Shown: in pieces, positions 23,646-24,000 of the stretch | Layout of the letters: each line of letters starts with the position of its first letter | Numbering within the stretch: position 1 is the first letter of the stretch | From: Desulforegulaceae bacterium | GTDB taxonomy: Bacteria > Desulfobacterota > Desulfobacteria > Desulfobacterales > JACKCP01 | Direction of reading: 5' to 3' | Length of the DNA stretch: 24,000 nt | Assembly: GCA_034006035.1 (NCBI GenBank) | Contig: JAVETN010000001.1 | Coordinates: 228,392 to 252,391, forward strand | Notes under the pieces: model-generated | Told to the model about the DNA's origin: nothing | What the model saw: the letters and a program-made list of their open reading frames with translations, nothing else | Databases searched by the model: none | Made by a program: the position numbers and the translations under genes

Positions 23646-24000
23646 AAGTTCTCACCTTTGTAAAATAAAAAACAATTGATCTTGATAAAATCAGAAATAT
23701 CAGTCCTGATAACCCACCTGCAACAGCCATGCCAATATCCATGGGATCATAGGTACCCTTTTTAAAGTAGTTGTTTAAAGGCAAAAATATACCAGCAGAA
23801 AAAACTTTATTGAAAAAATCAGGATATTTTTGGCCGATTTCAAAAAATATTTGAATTGCTATCCATGAAAAACTTAAAAAAAACAAGGAACTTATCTTTT
23901 TTTTTATAAAAGGTGAAGAAATTAGAATCATTGAAAAAGTGTGAAAAAAAACAGGTGATGAAAACTTTATAAGACCAGGTAGATTAAATGAAAGTTCCTT
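23629..24000 (-). CDS. Small integral membrane protein, probably partial (reading frame open to the right window edge); possibly VanZ-like
   Basis: The ORF track starts at M (23931). My translation of the same frame upstream gives KELSFNLPGLIKFSSPVFFHTFS with no stop before position 24000, and no SD precedes 23931. The protein has hydrophobic helices, and YDPMDIGMAVAGGLSGLIF weakly recalls the VanZ D-x2-D ... G motif. It overlaps the next gene by 17 nt. Confidence 0.55.
   Translation of the reverse strand, partial: KELSFNLPGLIKFSSPVFFHTFSMILISSPFIKKKISSLFFLSFSWIAIQIFFEIGQKYPDFFNKVFSAGIFLPLNNYFKKGTYDPMDIGMAVAGGLSGLIFLILSRSIVFYFTKVRTYVRKK

Noticed and set aside
1-24000. Mobile element, prophage or defence island interpretation of the window.
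   Set aside because: I could recognise no integrase, transposase or recombinase, no terminal inverted repeats, no tRNA attachment site and no nuclease, helicase or methylase motifs. The repeated sequences are leader RNA elements and protein-domain repeats.

Overview
AT-rich segment from a diderm bacterium. The sigma54 activator and overall gene style suggest a Desulfobacterota-like organism, but that taxon is a guess. No rRNA, tRNA, CRISPR, transposase or integrase was seen. Positions 121..13886 hold 12 consecutive minus-strand genes, and every product carries an N-terminal signal peptide; none is a cytoplasmic, ATPase or inner-membrane protein. The block encodes five paralogous small secreted proteins sharing an N-terminal GQ(A/S)G motif, a stand-alone periplasmic C39 cysteine peptidase with an intact catalytic triad, two tandem paralogous outer-membrane barrels with N-terminal coiled coils, a FadL-family barrel, a TolB-like propeller, a small OM barrel and an LVIVD-repeat propeller protein. 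I read this as a candidate Sec-dependent, envelope-only fibre or secretion system. It is organised like Pseudomonas Fap (FapD C39 peptidase plus FapF coiled-coil barrel) and the Acinetobacter Fil locus, but its cargo looks unrelated. The cargo motif matches a double-glycine leader (E/D-L-x-x-I-x-G-Q), here placed after a Sec signal peptide. A GC-rich two-hairpin RNA element of about 70-88 nt occurs five times: four in tandem before one cargo gene and once before the presumed major-subunit gene. Compensatory changes, GNRA loops and G-U pairs all point to the minus strand as the functional one. The right side carries a CBS-pair protein, a multi-pass transporter, a sigma54 enhancer-binding protein whose PAS domain holds a C-x8-C-x3-C-x2-C cluster, a small OM barrel, two Ig-like-repeat surface proteins and a partial small membrane protein. 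Two large surface proteins end in the same poly-Ser + CFINS(L/F)F tail, possibly an unrecognised C-terminal sorting tag. All family assignments come from reading motifs by eye; no searches were run.
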